From a virus, in IMG/VR virus record IMGVR_UViG_3300046534_001193, positions 1-64,000 of that record: 64,000 nt of DNA; one strand, given 5' to 3'. Position 1 is the first letter of the stretch. Each line of letters starts with the position of its first letter. Positions 7,688 to 15,925 of this stretch are shown here, one piece after another. The notes under the pieces are model-generated. The model made no database searches. It had not been told where the DNA came from and saw only the letters and a program-made list of their open reading frames with translations. A program made the position numbers and the translations under genes.

Positions 7688-7968
7688 TTTTTGGCCACTA
7701 TAGAGTCGAACCTGTCAACGGCATAAGCACATTTATTGGTCCAATAATTACCAGGCATTTCACCCGTGGTTTTGGTGTAACTAGCGTTATTCCTAGCCGC
7801 CTCCGTGGCTTTGCAAGCTGCATGGTTAGCCGCACAGTCAACTTCATAAGAATCGCCTGTAAAATCGATGGTCAGGTAAGCTGCGCGTGAATTTTCTCGC
7901 AGCTCTTCTACTGTCACGCTATCGGGATCTGCTAGCCACTTTTTGACTAGTTCTATGTGTGGGTTCAT
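7684..7968 (-). CDS. hypothetical protein, paralog A (KWLADP family)
   Basis: N-terminus nearly identical to adjacent ORF. Confidence 0.8.
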   Translation of the reverse strand: MNPHIELVKKWLADPDSVTVEELRENSRAAYLTIDFTGDSYEVDCAANHAACKATEAARNNASYTKTTGEMPGNYWTNKCAYAVDRFDSIVAKK

Positions 7969-8252
7969 TCGCTATCACCTTCTATAGAGTCGAATTCCTT
8001 CAACGCTGCTATACGCTCAAGTATCCAATAATTAACAGATGTGAGTGAAAATGCCCCCGTAGCACAGGAATGAGCGGTATACGCAGCCCAATTAACAGTG
8101 TGTAAAAGGGCATGATCATTCCAAGGAAGGGTAAGCGCACTTCTATCAGTAAGAGCCCTGTAGGATTCTCGTTCATTCACCCTTAGCTCTTCATCGCTTA
8201 CGCTAGTTGGATCTGCTAGCCACTTCCTGACCAGTTCTACGTAAGTGTTCAC
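7965..8252 (-). CDS. hypothetical protein, paralog B (KWLADP family)
   Basis: ELVRKWLADPTSVSDEELR. Confidence 0.8.
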   Translation of the reverse strand: MNTYVELVRKWLADPTSVSDEELRVNERESYRALTDRSALTLPWNDHALLHTVNWAAYTAHSCATGAFSLTSVNYWILERIAALKEFDSIEGDSE

Positions 8253-8575
8253 TTGCTGTCACCTTCTGCTACAAACAAACCTTCTGCTTGCAGGTAGTAA
8301 ATGTAACAAAGAGACTTCAAAGACCGCTTGCCATCGTGATTTGTCTTAAGCGCATTCTGCTCGACTATCCAAGTCCGTGTATCTAGCTTAGCGCAACCAA
8401 ACATTTCTTGAGTTGCCCGCTTAAACACCGCATAGACGCGCTTTTGAAACTCTAAGCTAGTAGTGTCATAAGTCCGTTGGTCTGCCAGACTGGATCCAGC
8501 TAAGCGAATCAGTGCGTATTCTCGCGCGTTCCGGTAAGTAGTCTCAAAGGTATTGTATTTAGTCTTCATTTTCAT
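8249..8575 (-). CDS. hypothetical protein
   Basis: ORF directly downstream of promoter. Confidence 0.75.
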   Translation of the reverse strand: MKMKTKYNTFETTYRNAREYALIRLAGSSLADQRTYDTTSLEFQKRVYAVFKRATQEMFGCAKLDTRTWIVEQNALKTNHDGKRSLKSLCYIYYLQAEGLFVAEGDSK

Positions 8576-8597
8576 TTCCGTCTGTGTGTGATTGTTA

Positions 8598-8627
8598 ATT
8601 ATAAGGGACTGACAATAATAAAGTCAA
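8598..8627 (-). promoter_or_regulatory. sigma70-type promoter
   Basis: TTGACT-18-TATAAT, spacer contains GTCAGTCCC. Confidence 0.8.
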
Positions 8628-8702
8628 CAAGTGATTAAAAGAGCTGGTGAGTTTTAGGGGTCTATAGAACCCTTAAAAGAAAACTTTGTTTAAGGGTAGT
8701 TT

Positions 8703-9056
8703 TCATCCTGCGTGCTCCTCTATAGAATCCTCAGCTTCAATACGCTCTTTCCATCGATGCTGACAATACAAATCAAGCGCTCTTTCAACACTTTTAGGAT
8801 TGGTGACACCCTCTGCCTGGTTAATCAGGCTGTCCAAGTAGAATTCTAATTCTGGGTAGCCTGCGTCTTTTGCAGCCTGGTTTAAGGCTTCTACGTGCTG
8901 AGGCGCAATCTCAGCGTAAGTCCCACGTCCTTTGCCTAAGTCATAGACCATGCCTACAAACATACGACCTAGGCATAGAGGCGCATTGAACATCAGGCCT
9001 TCTGTCGTCTCTAGGTACTTGATAGAGTCGGGATCGATTTTAAATTTCACGTTCAT
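8703..9056 (-). CDS. hypothetical protein
   Basis: ORF, AAGGAG RBS. Confidence 0.8.
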   Translation of the reverse strand: MNVKFKIDPDSIKYLETTEGLMFNAPLCLGRMFVGMVYDLGKGRGTYAEIAPQHVEALNQAAKDAGYPELEFYLDSLINQAEGVTNPKSVERALDLYCQHRWKERIEAEDSIEEHAG

Positions 9057-9306
9057 TGATTATCTCCTTAGGCATTTTCCGGTATTTATTAGTAACATAG
9101 TCTATCCACTCTGACTGGCTAATTAACCCTCCCGCAACTGATAGCATGACTAGCGCTTTAGGACTGGGCGAGGCTGCATGTGGAGGTGCAATGCCTCTAG
9201 GTGTACTATGGAGCAACCAATCTTCACGGATTGCCATATCCCAGTCACGCATAAAGTTATGTTGGACCGCGAGTTGCTTCTTTTTCTGACTATTGCTGAG
9301 TTTCAC
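9040..9306 (-). CDS. hypothetical protein
   Basis: ORF, AGGAG RBS, GTGA overlap. Confidence 0.7.
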   Translation of the reverse strand: MKLSNSQKKKQLAVQHNFMRDWDMAIREDWLLHSTPRGIAPPHAASPSPKALVMLSVAGGLISQSEWIDYVTNKYRKMPKEIINEREI

Positions 9307-9629
9307 TTGTTATCTCCTGCTATAAGAAAGTCAACTTTATCCCCTGGCATAGGGAAATCAACCTTCGGCATATCCGGCACTGTACCAGCAACAAAGTCAG
9401 CGTTATTATTAACGTGATCTCTAATTACATCTAACAAGGCTTCGTATGAACTAGGGTAAGCCTTCTTGAGTGCCACGAAATCAGGTGAAAAGTAATAGCC
9501 TATTACCGTCCATAGGAAACTACCCGCGCGAGTGCTAATCCTTGCACCGGTAGGGACAATGGGAATTTGCACTTGTAAAAATACGAGTTTACCTCCGTTG
9601 GCACTGTCTAAACTGATTTGTGTTGGCAT
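9303..9629 (-). CDS. hypothetical protein
   Basis: ORF, GAGACCAATAAAATG leader. Confidence 0.75.
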   Translation of the reverse strand: MPTQISLDSANGGKLVFLQVQIPIVPTGARISTRAGSFLWTVIGYYFSPDFVALKKAYPSSYEALLDVIRDHVNNNADFVAGTVPDMPKVDFPMPGDKVDFLIAGDNK

Positions 9630-9640
9630 TTTATTGGTCT

Positions 9641-9898
9641 CTATAGGGTTACAATCAAGGGTTCAATGACTGGTTCAATATCTACTGGTGATAAAGTCCA
9701 GCTTATAGGGACAAAGGAAAATCCGTCTCTGTTCAGGTAGACCACATCACTACCCGCAGGCTTGCATAGGATAGTCACCTCAGCTTGTGGACCTTCTTTC
9801 TTTGCCCATTCTGTCGCGACTGTTATAGCTTGTTCTTTGTCGTCTACTCGCAATGTATAACGGTTATTGAGCTTAACTACTTTTATTAGGAATTTCAT
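9641..9898 (-). CDS. hypothetical protein
   Basis: ORF in operon. Confidence 0.7.
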   Translation of the reverse strand: MKFLIKVVKLNNRYTLRVDDKEQAITVATEWAKKEGPQAEVTILCKPAGSDVVYLNRDGFSFVPISWTLSPVDIEPVIEPLIVTL

Positions 9899-9929
9899 GT
9901 TATTGGCCTAGTGGTGAGTGGTAGTACCC

Positions 9930-9951
9930 AAAAAGCCTCAATTAAGAGGCT
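9930..9951 (-). terminator. rho-independent terminator
   Basis: AGCCTC-TTAATT-GAGGCT followed by T run on minus strand; sister hairpin at 10045-10062. Confidence 0.6.
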
Positions 9952-10088
9952 ACCAACTGATGCTGGATTTGTGGGTCGATTAGCTGGGCATTGGCGGTCT
10001 TCATGTTCTCGTTAAAAGGAATATACTTTGGCTTACACCTTAAAGGCCTCAACTAAGAGGCCGGTTAGTGGTTACGGTAGGTTATAGG

Positions 10089-10427
10089 CTACCAACTTCC
10101 CTCAGTGATCATCCTTTGTACTTCTTGGGTAACGTCAACCGCCATAGCGTAGGCGGCAATCACAAAAGTTATATCCTCAACTCCTCGCTCTATTACTATC
10201 TGACCTAACGTCTCAGCGTCATAGTCGTCCAAGTAGGCCTTACTATTGTCCGACAATTGCGCAACGTCTCCTCTATAAGCTGTAGAGGTCAGCCATTCGT
10301 GGCCGTCCAGTGCTTCGTGGATAATGCGACCAAAAATATCATCGTCATCATTTTCGCCATAGTCGGCCATAATGTTAGTCGCTAGATCCAGTATTTCGGC
10401 TTTGTATTCTTCAAGTGTTATGTTCAT
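10089..10427 (-). CDS. Ocr-like acidic DNA-mimic (anti-restriction) protein
   Basis: 112 aa, highly acidic; DDDIFGRIIHEALDGH resembles T7 Ocr DDLHDAIHMAADNA. Confidence 0.55.
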   Translation of the reverse strand: MNITLEEYKAEILDLATNIMADYGENDDDDIFGRIIHEALDGHEWLTSTAYRGDVAQLSDNSKAYLDDYDAETLGQIVIERGVEDITFVIAAYAMAVDVTQEVQRMITEGSW

Positions 10428-10510
10428 TTTATTTGTCTCGATTGTGGGTTAGTTGATATCGCTTTAGCCTCTCGTGTTGAAAGACTAAACCGATTTTAAC
10501 TCGTGACTAC

Positions 10511-11170
10511 TTACAGTCTTATAGGCATGACCACTGCTAGGCAATCATTGGCCGATATAGTGATGGAATCCATTGCGCCCGCATAGTTTATTTCTACAGT
10601 TTCACTGGCATCCCAAAATGACAATGCGTCTACAAGATATTGCTTTTTGACCCAAACATCGCCAATGACGTTTATTGCCTCATCTTTTCCTGTATGCAAT
10701 TTGACTTCACCGGATAGTAGAAAAGACTTGGTTAACTTTCTGGACTGGTGGCGGACTCGACTTGAATTAGGTAGAACACGTTTGTAGTCGGGGTACTTCG
10801 CATCTTGATTGATTTTGAAAATGTTTTTATTATAAAACCCATCTGGCAACGTGTTAGCGGTATATATGTGCAATCGGTGGCCGTCGGTGGCTACCAAGTC
10901 GAGTCCGTCTGCGTAGATATATTGGAGGTAATGCCTTACATCGTTTTTACCTGCCATTGCTTTAGCAAGCCATTGCTGAGGCGTCTTGGGCTTTGCGGGT
11001 ATTGCTGGCTGGAAATGGTTATACATGTTTATCAATATCGCTTCTAAAAGAGGGTCCTCGTGCTGAGGCGTATCCAGATTTTCTATCAATCTTTTATAGT
11101 CCGCCCATTGGTTAGCTTTGTTTAACTTCTTTTGATTTTTTGCGTAGTTTGCTATTTCGTTTATGTTCAT
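10511..11170 (-). CDS. DNA polymerase III beta-clamp-like domain protein (truncated)
   Basis: LVATDGHRLH, KYPDYKRVLP and C-terminal VVMPIRL motifs of DnaN. Confidence 0.7.
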   Translation of the reverse strand: MNINEIANYAKNQKKLNKANQWADYKRLIENLDTPQHEDPLLEAILINMYNHFQPAIPAKPKTPQQWLAKAMAGKNDVRHYLQYIYADGLDLVATDGHRLHIYTANTLPDGFYNKNIFKINQDAKYPDYKRVLPNSSRVRHQSRKLTKSFLLSGEVKLHTGKDEAINVIGDVWVKKQYLVDALSFWDASETVEINYAGAMDSITISANDCLAVVMPIRL

Positions 11171-11208
11171 TTTATTGGTCTCTCGATTGTGTGATTGATT
11201 GAGACCTG

Positions 11209-11237
11209 ATTATGGGGGACTGACAATTATCTGTCAA
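11209..11237 (-). promoter_or_regulatory. sigma70-type promoter
   Basis: TTGACA-17-CATAAT, spacer contains GTCAGTCCC. Confidence 0.85.
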
Positions 11238-11250
11238 CAAGTTTGTATAC

Positions 11251-11769
11251 TTATTTTACAGTGCCATGGTTAACGTGGTACCCGTATTTAATGTTAGCCT
11301 CCATTCTGGCTTTTATAGCGTCTGACTTGTCTTTGAAGTAGCCTAAGTGGATAGACTTGCCTTCAATACCTATTTGAACCTTCCATTTACCTGAGCGCTT
11401 GTGCCATCTAACCCCAAGTACACCTGATTTATTGTTAGACCCTACGGATTGATTTTTCATATTTTCCGAGCGCGTTGCTAGGCGTAAATTTTCTATACGG
11501 TTGTCATTGCGGTCGTGGTTGATATGGTCCAAGTCATTAAGGGGGAATTCCCCGTGAACCATGCACCAGATAAGCCTATGTGCAAGGTGTAGTTTGCCGC
11601 CAATTGTTATACTGGTATAGCCTGCCCAAGTTAATGTACCAGCCTTGACGCCCATTGGAATTCGATACGAGGCTCTAACCTTCCAAAACAGAAAACCAGT
11701 TTCAGGCTCATATCGAAGTACAGAGTTTAAATATTCTTTAGTCGGCGGATTTTGTACGGATTTATTCAT
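11251..11769 (-). CDS. HNH homing endonuclease with AP2-like DNA-binding domain
   Basis: AHRLIW, DHINHDRNDNRIENLR, SGVLGVRW...HLGYF; start at ATG 11769 behind AAGGTG. Confidence 0.9.
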   Translation of the reverse strand: MNKSVQNPPTKEYLNSVLRYEPETGFLFWKVRASYRIPMGVKAGTLTWAGYTSITIGGKLHLAHRLIWCMVHGEFPLNDLDHINHDRNDNRIENLRLATRSENMKNQSVGSNNKSGVLGVRWHKRSGKWKVQIGIEGKSIHLGYFKDKSDAIKARMEANIKYGYHVNHGTVK

Positions 11770-11796
11770 TGTTTTCACCTTGCTGTAGACCTTGCA

Positions 11797-11874
11797 AAAA
11801 TAGATAGCGGCAACCCTGCAAGGGTCGGGATGTCCTCTGGTTATAAGGCAGAGTAAGCCGCTGACATCTATTTT
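11797..11874 (-). ncRNA. c4-like three-way-junction structured RNA upstream of HNH gene
   Basis: Stems AAAATAGAT/ATCTATTTT, AGCGGC/GCCGCT, CTCTG/CAGAG, CCC/GGG; loop complementary to two downstream GCAAGGT sites. Confidence 0.6.
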
Positions 11875-11929
11875 ACTAATTACACCTAAAATTACAAGCG
11901 GTAACCACTTTACAAGGTCCAAATATAGC

Positions 11930-12660
11930 TACCCTATTATAAGGCCACTTTTTCTAGAGCTGACCCTACTAAAATAGTTTATGTAGTCGGATTTAGGGTA
12001 CATAAACTCTGAAAAATACGTTTTAAAAGAACGGCCCAAAAAGGGCCAAAAAGGGGTGTTTTTGAAAGTTTCGTTTGACTATTATTTTTATTTGTGAAAG
12101 TAAAAAGTGAACTTGTTTACAAGTGTCGTAAATTTAATACTTTGGCGTCGTTCCTGTAATTTTCTGTTTTGGCCCTCCAAGGCGTTTTTTGGCCTAAAAT
12201 CAAAAAGTTTTTTACGATTTCCGTTTACCAACCGTTTTTTTAAAAATTATCAACGGTTGACAAGTTTTAAGTTGTTGATAAATAAAGGTATTCCAAAAAC
12301 AGTAAAAGTTTTAAAAAACCCAAATTATTTTGAAAATCGCCAAAAGACTTTTATAGCGCGTTTTCTAAAAAACTTTTGTAAACCAAAAACAAAATAAAAA
12401 GCTTCAAACGTCCCCGTAGGCCCTCATAAAAAAACGTCCGTTTTTTTAAAACTACACCGTTTCAATAATTAATGTCCTACTATCTGACTACAATAATTAC
12501 CCCTATATATATAAAACTTTTTATTTCTTTAATATAAGTAATAGAGATTTGTAGATTTGAGGGCAAAATACAGGGATATTTTCGGGTGCTGCGCAGGCAT
12601 ATAGTTGTAAGAGTGGAAAGGCCCCGTGATTTTCAGGGCCTTATAGGGGTTTTGTCAGGG
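11930..12660. other. A/T-tract-rich non-coding block; candidate origin or packaging site
   Basis: ~700 bp with many A/T runs; IHF consensus TATCAACAACTTA at 12268-12280 (minus); dyad at 12111-12124. Confidence 0.5.
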
Positions 12661-12684
12661 GGTGAATAAGGCTGGTGAGTTTTG

Positions 12685-13250
12685 GGGCTCTATAGGGTCT
12701 ATAAAATCTTATGATGGTCATAAGATTTCTTAGCGGGTAAAACGGCTAGTTGCTTACTTCTATAGGTGAGAATTGTCCTCATAGTCCTCGAATACCGCGT
12801 CTACCTGCCCATAAGCTTCGGCATAAGCTTGAAATTTATCCGCTATGGCATTAGACATTGCATAATCCCTATCAAAAAACCCCGCGCCATGGCCATTCCT
12901 AGACAACCAGAAGTCATGCCCAGCCTGCGAAATCTCATCATTAGACAAGTAGCAAAATACACTCCCATAAAATGACAAACAGTCTATTAATGAATCCCGT
13001 AAAAAGTCTGGATCTAGATCCGCGCCGGATTCGGGTTGGCCAATATCGCCAGTTTCAGTGAAGTTGATGCATTCCAGGTAAGCATTGTAGAATTCTAACT
13101 CTTTCGGTGTTGGTGTAATTTGCGTCATTGTATTAGTTTCCATTGGTTTTGGTGCATTGTAAAAATACCCCGTGACTTTCAAGGGCTCTATAGGGTCTAT
13201 AAAATCTTATGATACCCATAAGATTTTATAGCGGGTAAAACAGGCTAGTT
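12685..13250. repeat. ~67-bp direct repeats (12685-12751, 13183-13250), each containing a long hairpin
   Basis: gggctctatagggtctataaaatcttatgat...cataagatt...tagcgggtaaaac..gctagtt twice. Confidence 0.9.
12760..13128 (-). CDS. acidic hypothetical protein (AGHDFWLSRNGHGAGF motif)
   Basis: ORF between direct repeats; start uncertain (13128 or 13143). Confidence 0.8.
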   Translation of the reverse strand: MTQITPTPKELEFYNAYLECINFTETGDIGQPESGADLDPDFLRDSLIDCLSFYGSVFCYLSNDEISQAGHDFWLSRNGHGAGFFDRDYAMSNAIADKFQAYAEAYGQVDAVFEDYEDNSHL

Positions 13251-13418
13251 CTTAGCCTTCAGGTTATTGAGCCGTCTAACCTCGCGTTTGATGACATCGC
13301 GCTCAAAAGGTGAAACTACTGGAGTTTCTATAAACCTTAAATATCTCAATAGATCTTTCGGGCTACGTGTTGCTAGTTGTACGACGTTTTGAGCCACGAT
13401 GCTGGTAAATTGTGTCAT
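13245..13418 (-). CDS. 57-aa hypothetical protein
   Basis: Manual translation MTQFTSIVAQNVVQLATRSP... Confidence 0.6.
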   Translation of the reverse strand: MTQFTSIVAQNVVQLATRSPKDLLRYLRFIETPVVSPFERDVIKREVRRLNNLKAKN

Positions 13419-13420
13419 TG

Positions 13421-13645
13421 CTATAGGTCCCCTTCGTTAACGGCGCAAAAATAGTAATCCGCGCCATAGTCATAGTAAATATCCAATGTACCATCTTCGA
13501 CCGTATCGATTAGCCTGCTATGGGTCGGGCGTGTTTGGCTAGTTATATCAGCTTCATAATACACCTCAGTTAGCCATTCAATGGCTTCAGCTTCATCCCA
13601 TTGCGTGCCTGTTATAACGTCATAGATTTTAATAGCATTGGTCAT
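13421..13645 (-). CDS. small acidic hypothetical protein
   Basis: ORF, GAGAGAATAAAATG leader. Confidence 0.75.
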   Translation of the reverse strand: MTNAIKIYDVITGTQWDEAEAIEWLTEVYYEADITSQTRPTHSRLIDTVEDGTLDIYYDYGADYYFCAVNEGDL

Positions 13646-13723
13646 TTTATTCTCTCGCTTGTGAGTGTCGGTTTGTACCGCTTTAAGGTCTCAATATCTG
13701 GACCTTAAAACGCTAGAAACTAA

Positions 13724-13888
13724 CTAACTGGCAGTTTTAGGTGCTTGGTGCCCATTGGCCTCGACCCACATGTTAAATATATCGGCTTCAATATCTTCGA
13801 AATAGCTGTTGCCATCAAAAAATACTCTCATATATTTAACATTGTTGTGATCATAGACAGTTTTTGTACTTTCGATTTTCTTGGCCAT
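13724..13888 (-). CDS. 54-aa hypothetical protein
   Basis: Manual translation MAKKIESTKTVYDHNNVKYMRVFF...; same leader as neighbours. Confidence 0.7.
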   Translation of the reverse strand: MAKKIESTKTVYDHNNVKYMRVFFDGNSYFEDIEADIFNMWVEANGHQAPKTAS

Positions 13889-13901
13889 TTTATTCTCTCA
13901 G

Positions 13902-14198
13902 TTATTTTACTAATTGTTTAAGCGCTTCGTTAACTTCTCTCATTTCTTGCCCATAGTCGTATTCGCCTATCAAATCGATGGTGCCGAAAGAATACCACCA
14001 ACCTTCGGGTCGTTTAGTGGCTAACAATAAAACCTTATGCTTAGTTATCACGCCTACTTTGGTTTTTTGCATATCCATTAGCTTAATTTGATTTTTTAAA
14101 GGCTTGTAATATCCGACACAAGTCGAGCCAGTATTGAATAGCGAGTTAATAAACTCTTTATTGTTCAGGGCGAATTGTTTACCGTTTAGCGTGATCAT
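13902..14198 (-). CDS. hypothetical protein
   Basis: ORF, identical 19-nt leader to gene at 13888. Confidence 0.8.
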   Translation of the reverse strand: MITLNGKQFALNNKEFINSLFNTGSTCVGYYKPLKNQIKLMDMQKTKVGVITKHKVLLLATKRPEGWWYSFGTIDLIGEYDYGQEMREVNEALKQLVK

Positions 14199-14274
14199 TT
14201 TATTCTCTCAGTTACATGCAAATCGCATTATAAAGAGACCGCGTTAACAGTCTCTTTTAATGAGATCTACAGGG

Positions 14275-14622
14275 CTATTGCTCGGCTTTGAAATGTTTAC
14301 CTACATAGCAATACTGGTTATATTGCAGCTCGTGTATTAAACCGTCCTTACACCAATTGTCTGTAATATTGTTAAAATCTTGAGTAAATGCCGTGTAATC
14401 CTCGCCATAGTCCGCGTCCATTTCTTCTAACATTTCGTCATATCTTTCTGATAGCGCACCTTCGCTATCGATACAATTATTGTCACCCGCCCATTGTTCT
14501 ACGGCTTCCAGTTCTGAAACGTTTAGAAATTTCAATATGTGGGCCGCGACTAGAGAATCCTCGCTATTTTCTAGCAATTCCAAGGCGTACTCTTTCGCGT
14601 CGTAGTTATTGAAGTCTGACAT
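14275..14622 (-). CDS. very acidic hypothetical protein (possible DNA mimic)
   Basis: D/E-rich 115 aa. Confidence 0.75.
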   Translation of the reverse strand: MSDFNNYDAKEYALELLENSEDSLVAAHILKFLNVSELEAVEQWAGDNNCIDSEGALSERYDEMLEEMDADYGEDYTAFTQDFNNITDNWCKDGLIHELQYNQYCYVGKHFKAEQ

Positions 14623-14715
14623 AATAATATTCTCTATCGATTGTAAGTTGATTCAATGCGAAATCGCATTATATAGCGGCCAGTCTATTAGCCGCTATTA
14701 ATGAGATCCAAAAGG

Positions 14716-15096
14716 CTAGTGAGTTTTAGGCACCTTATAACCGTCGAACAATTGAACAATTTTAGCGGCCATAAAATTGAAATAGTTTTCAACTATTCGT
14801 TGCGCTTGCTTCTCGGTATGATCCGGTTCTAGTCCGCCTGTTTCGATGGCTAGCGTGATAACATCACAATTCATGTATGGCAGTGCAACAGCACTGGGGA
14901 GGCCTTGGAGCCATTCCCTGATTGCACCTTGAAGGCCATAGCGCGCAATATGGAAACCATATTCTGATAAGAAGGTATCATGCAAGAATTTTACTTTTTC
15001 CGGTATTGTTTCGGGATCTTGTTGGTAACCGTCGGCGGTTATGTTGGCGATTATATAGCGCTTGATTGACTGGTCCATTTCACTTGATTTACTCAT
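14716..15096 (-). CDS. hypothetical protein (WLQGLPS motif)
   Basis: ORF, AAGAGAA leader. Confidence 0.8.
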   Translation of the reverse strand: MSKSSEMDQSIKRYIIANITADGYQQDPETIPEKVKFLHDTFLSEYGFHIARYGLQGAIREWLQGLPSAVALPYMNCDVITLAIETGGLEPDHTEKQAQRIVENYFNFMAAKIVQLFDGYKVPKTH

Positions 15097-15169
15097 AATA
15101 TTCTCTTTTATTGCGTGGTTGGTTTGTACTGGCTTAAACTCTCAATGTGAAAGTTTAAGACGGTTAAAA

Positions 15170-15490
15170 CTAACGGTTATCAGGTAACAAGCTCTCAAGC
15201 TCGTTCACTATTTCAGCGTGCAATTCATCGATATCCGTATCTGCTAGTATGCTAGTAACTGCCCAATGCCGGAATCGATAGCAGGCACCCTCGAAACTAT
15301 TGTGACCAGTTTGAAAGGCCCATTCAGTGCCGTTGTCGTTGGTGGCGACGGTCAGCTCCATATAAGAAACTTCGTCGTCTTCATCATCGTTATCGATTCT
15401 GGCTTGTTCGGCGTATTTTTTCCAGTCTGCCAAGTTAGCAGTGATAAAGGCTTTGAGGTCTTGCTTGACTTCTTTTGTTAGCGTTTGCAT
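15170..15490 (-). CDS. acidic hypothetical protein
   Basis: ORF in early operon. Confidence 0.8.
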   Translation of the reverse strand: MQTLTKEVKQDLKAFITANLADWKKYAEQARIDNDDEDDEVSYMELTVATNDNGTEWAFQTGHNSFEGACYRFRHWAVTSILADTDIDELHAEIVNELESLLPDNR

Positions 15491-15520
15491 TTTAGTTTGT
15501 CCGATTGAGGGATTAAAAGT

Positions 15521-15724
15521 CTAACGATTAGAATGGTAGCTAGCGTCGGCATGGTTAGCACCTTCACCGCGTCGCATGGTGTACTCAGTGTAATCCCTGG
15601 CGCTATGGGTAGCCACTTGCGTGTCGATGCACGCGCCGTCATTTTCAAACATTAGGGCGCGAGCTGGTTCTATGTTCAAGAATGAGGCGAGGATAACGCC
15701 GTTTAATTTAACGTGGTAAGTCAT
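15521..15724 (-). CDS. hypothetical protein (first gene of leftward arm)
   Basis: ORF downstream of promoter. Confidence 0.65.
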   Translation of the reverse strand: MTYHVKLNGVILASFLNIEPARALMFENDGACIDTQVATHSARDYTEYTMRRGEGANHADASYHSNR

Positions 15725-15753
15725 TTGATTAGCCTTTTTTTGAATGTGAGCGA

Positions 15754-15782
15754 ATTATAATATTAATGGGGGGGTGACACAA
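15754..15782 (-). promoter_or_regulatory. leftward promoter
   Basis: TTGTGT-17-TATAAT. Confidence 0.6.
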
Positions 15783-15925
15783 GCGAATTAAACCATTTAA
15801 TCAAAATAATTAGATGACACCGACAAGTAACCAGGCTACCCCCACCCCCAATTTACAAAAGATTAATTCGGAGATCGGCCCACATAGTCCCCCCGCGAAA
15901 ATTTCTAATTTCCAGTTTCTACTTG

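Noticed and set aside
11770-11922. N-terminal extension of the HNH ORF in the track
   Set aside because: It overlaps the structured RNA; a better RBS and ATG lie at 11769.
12107-12397. 96-aa K/F-rich ORF
   Set aside because: Composition simply reflects A/T tracts; no RBS; opposite to local gene direction.
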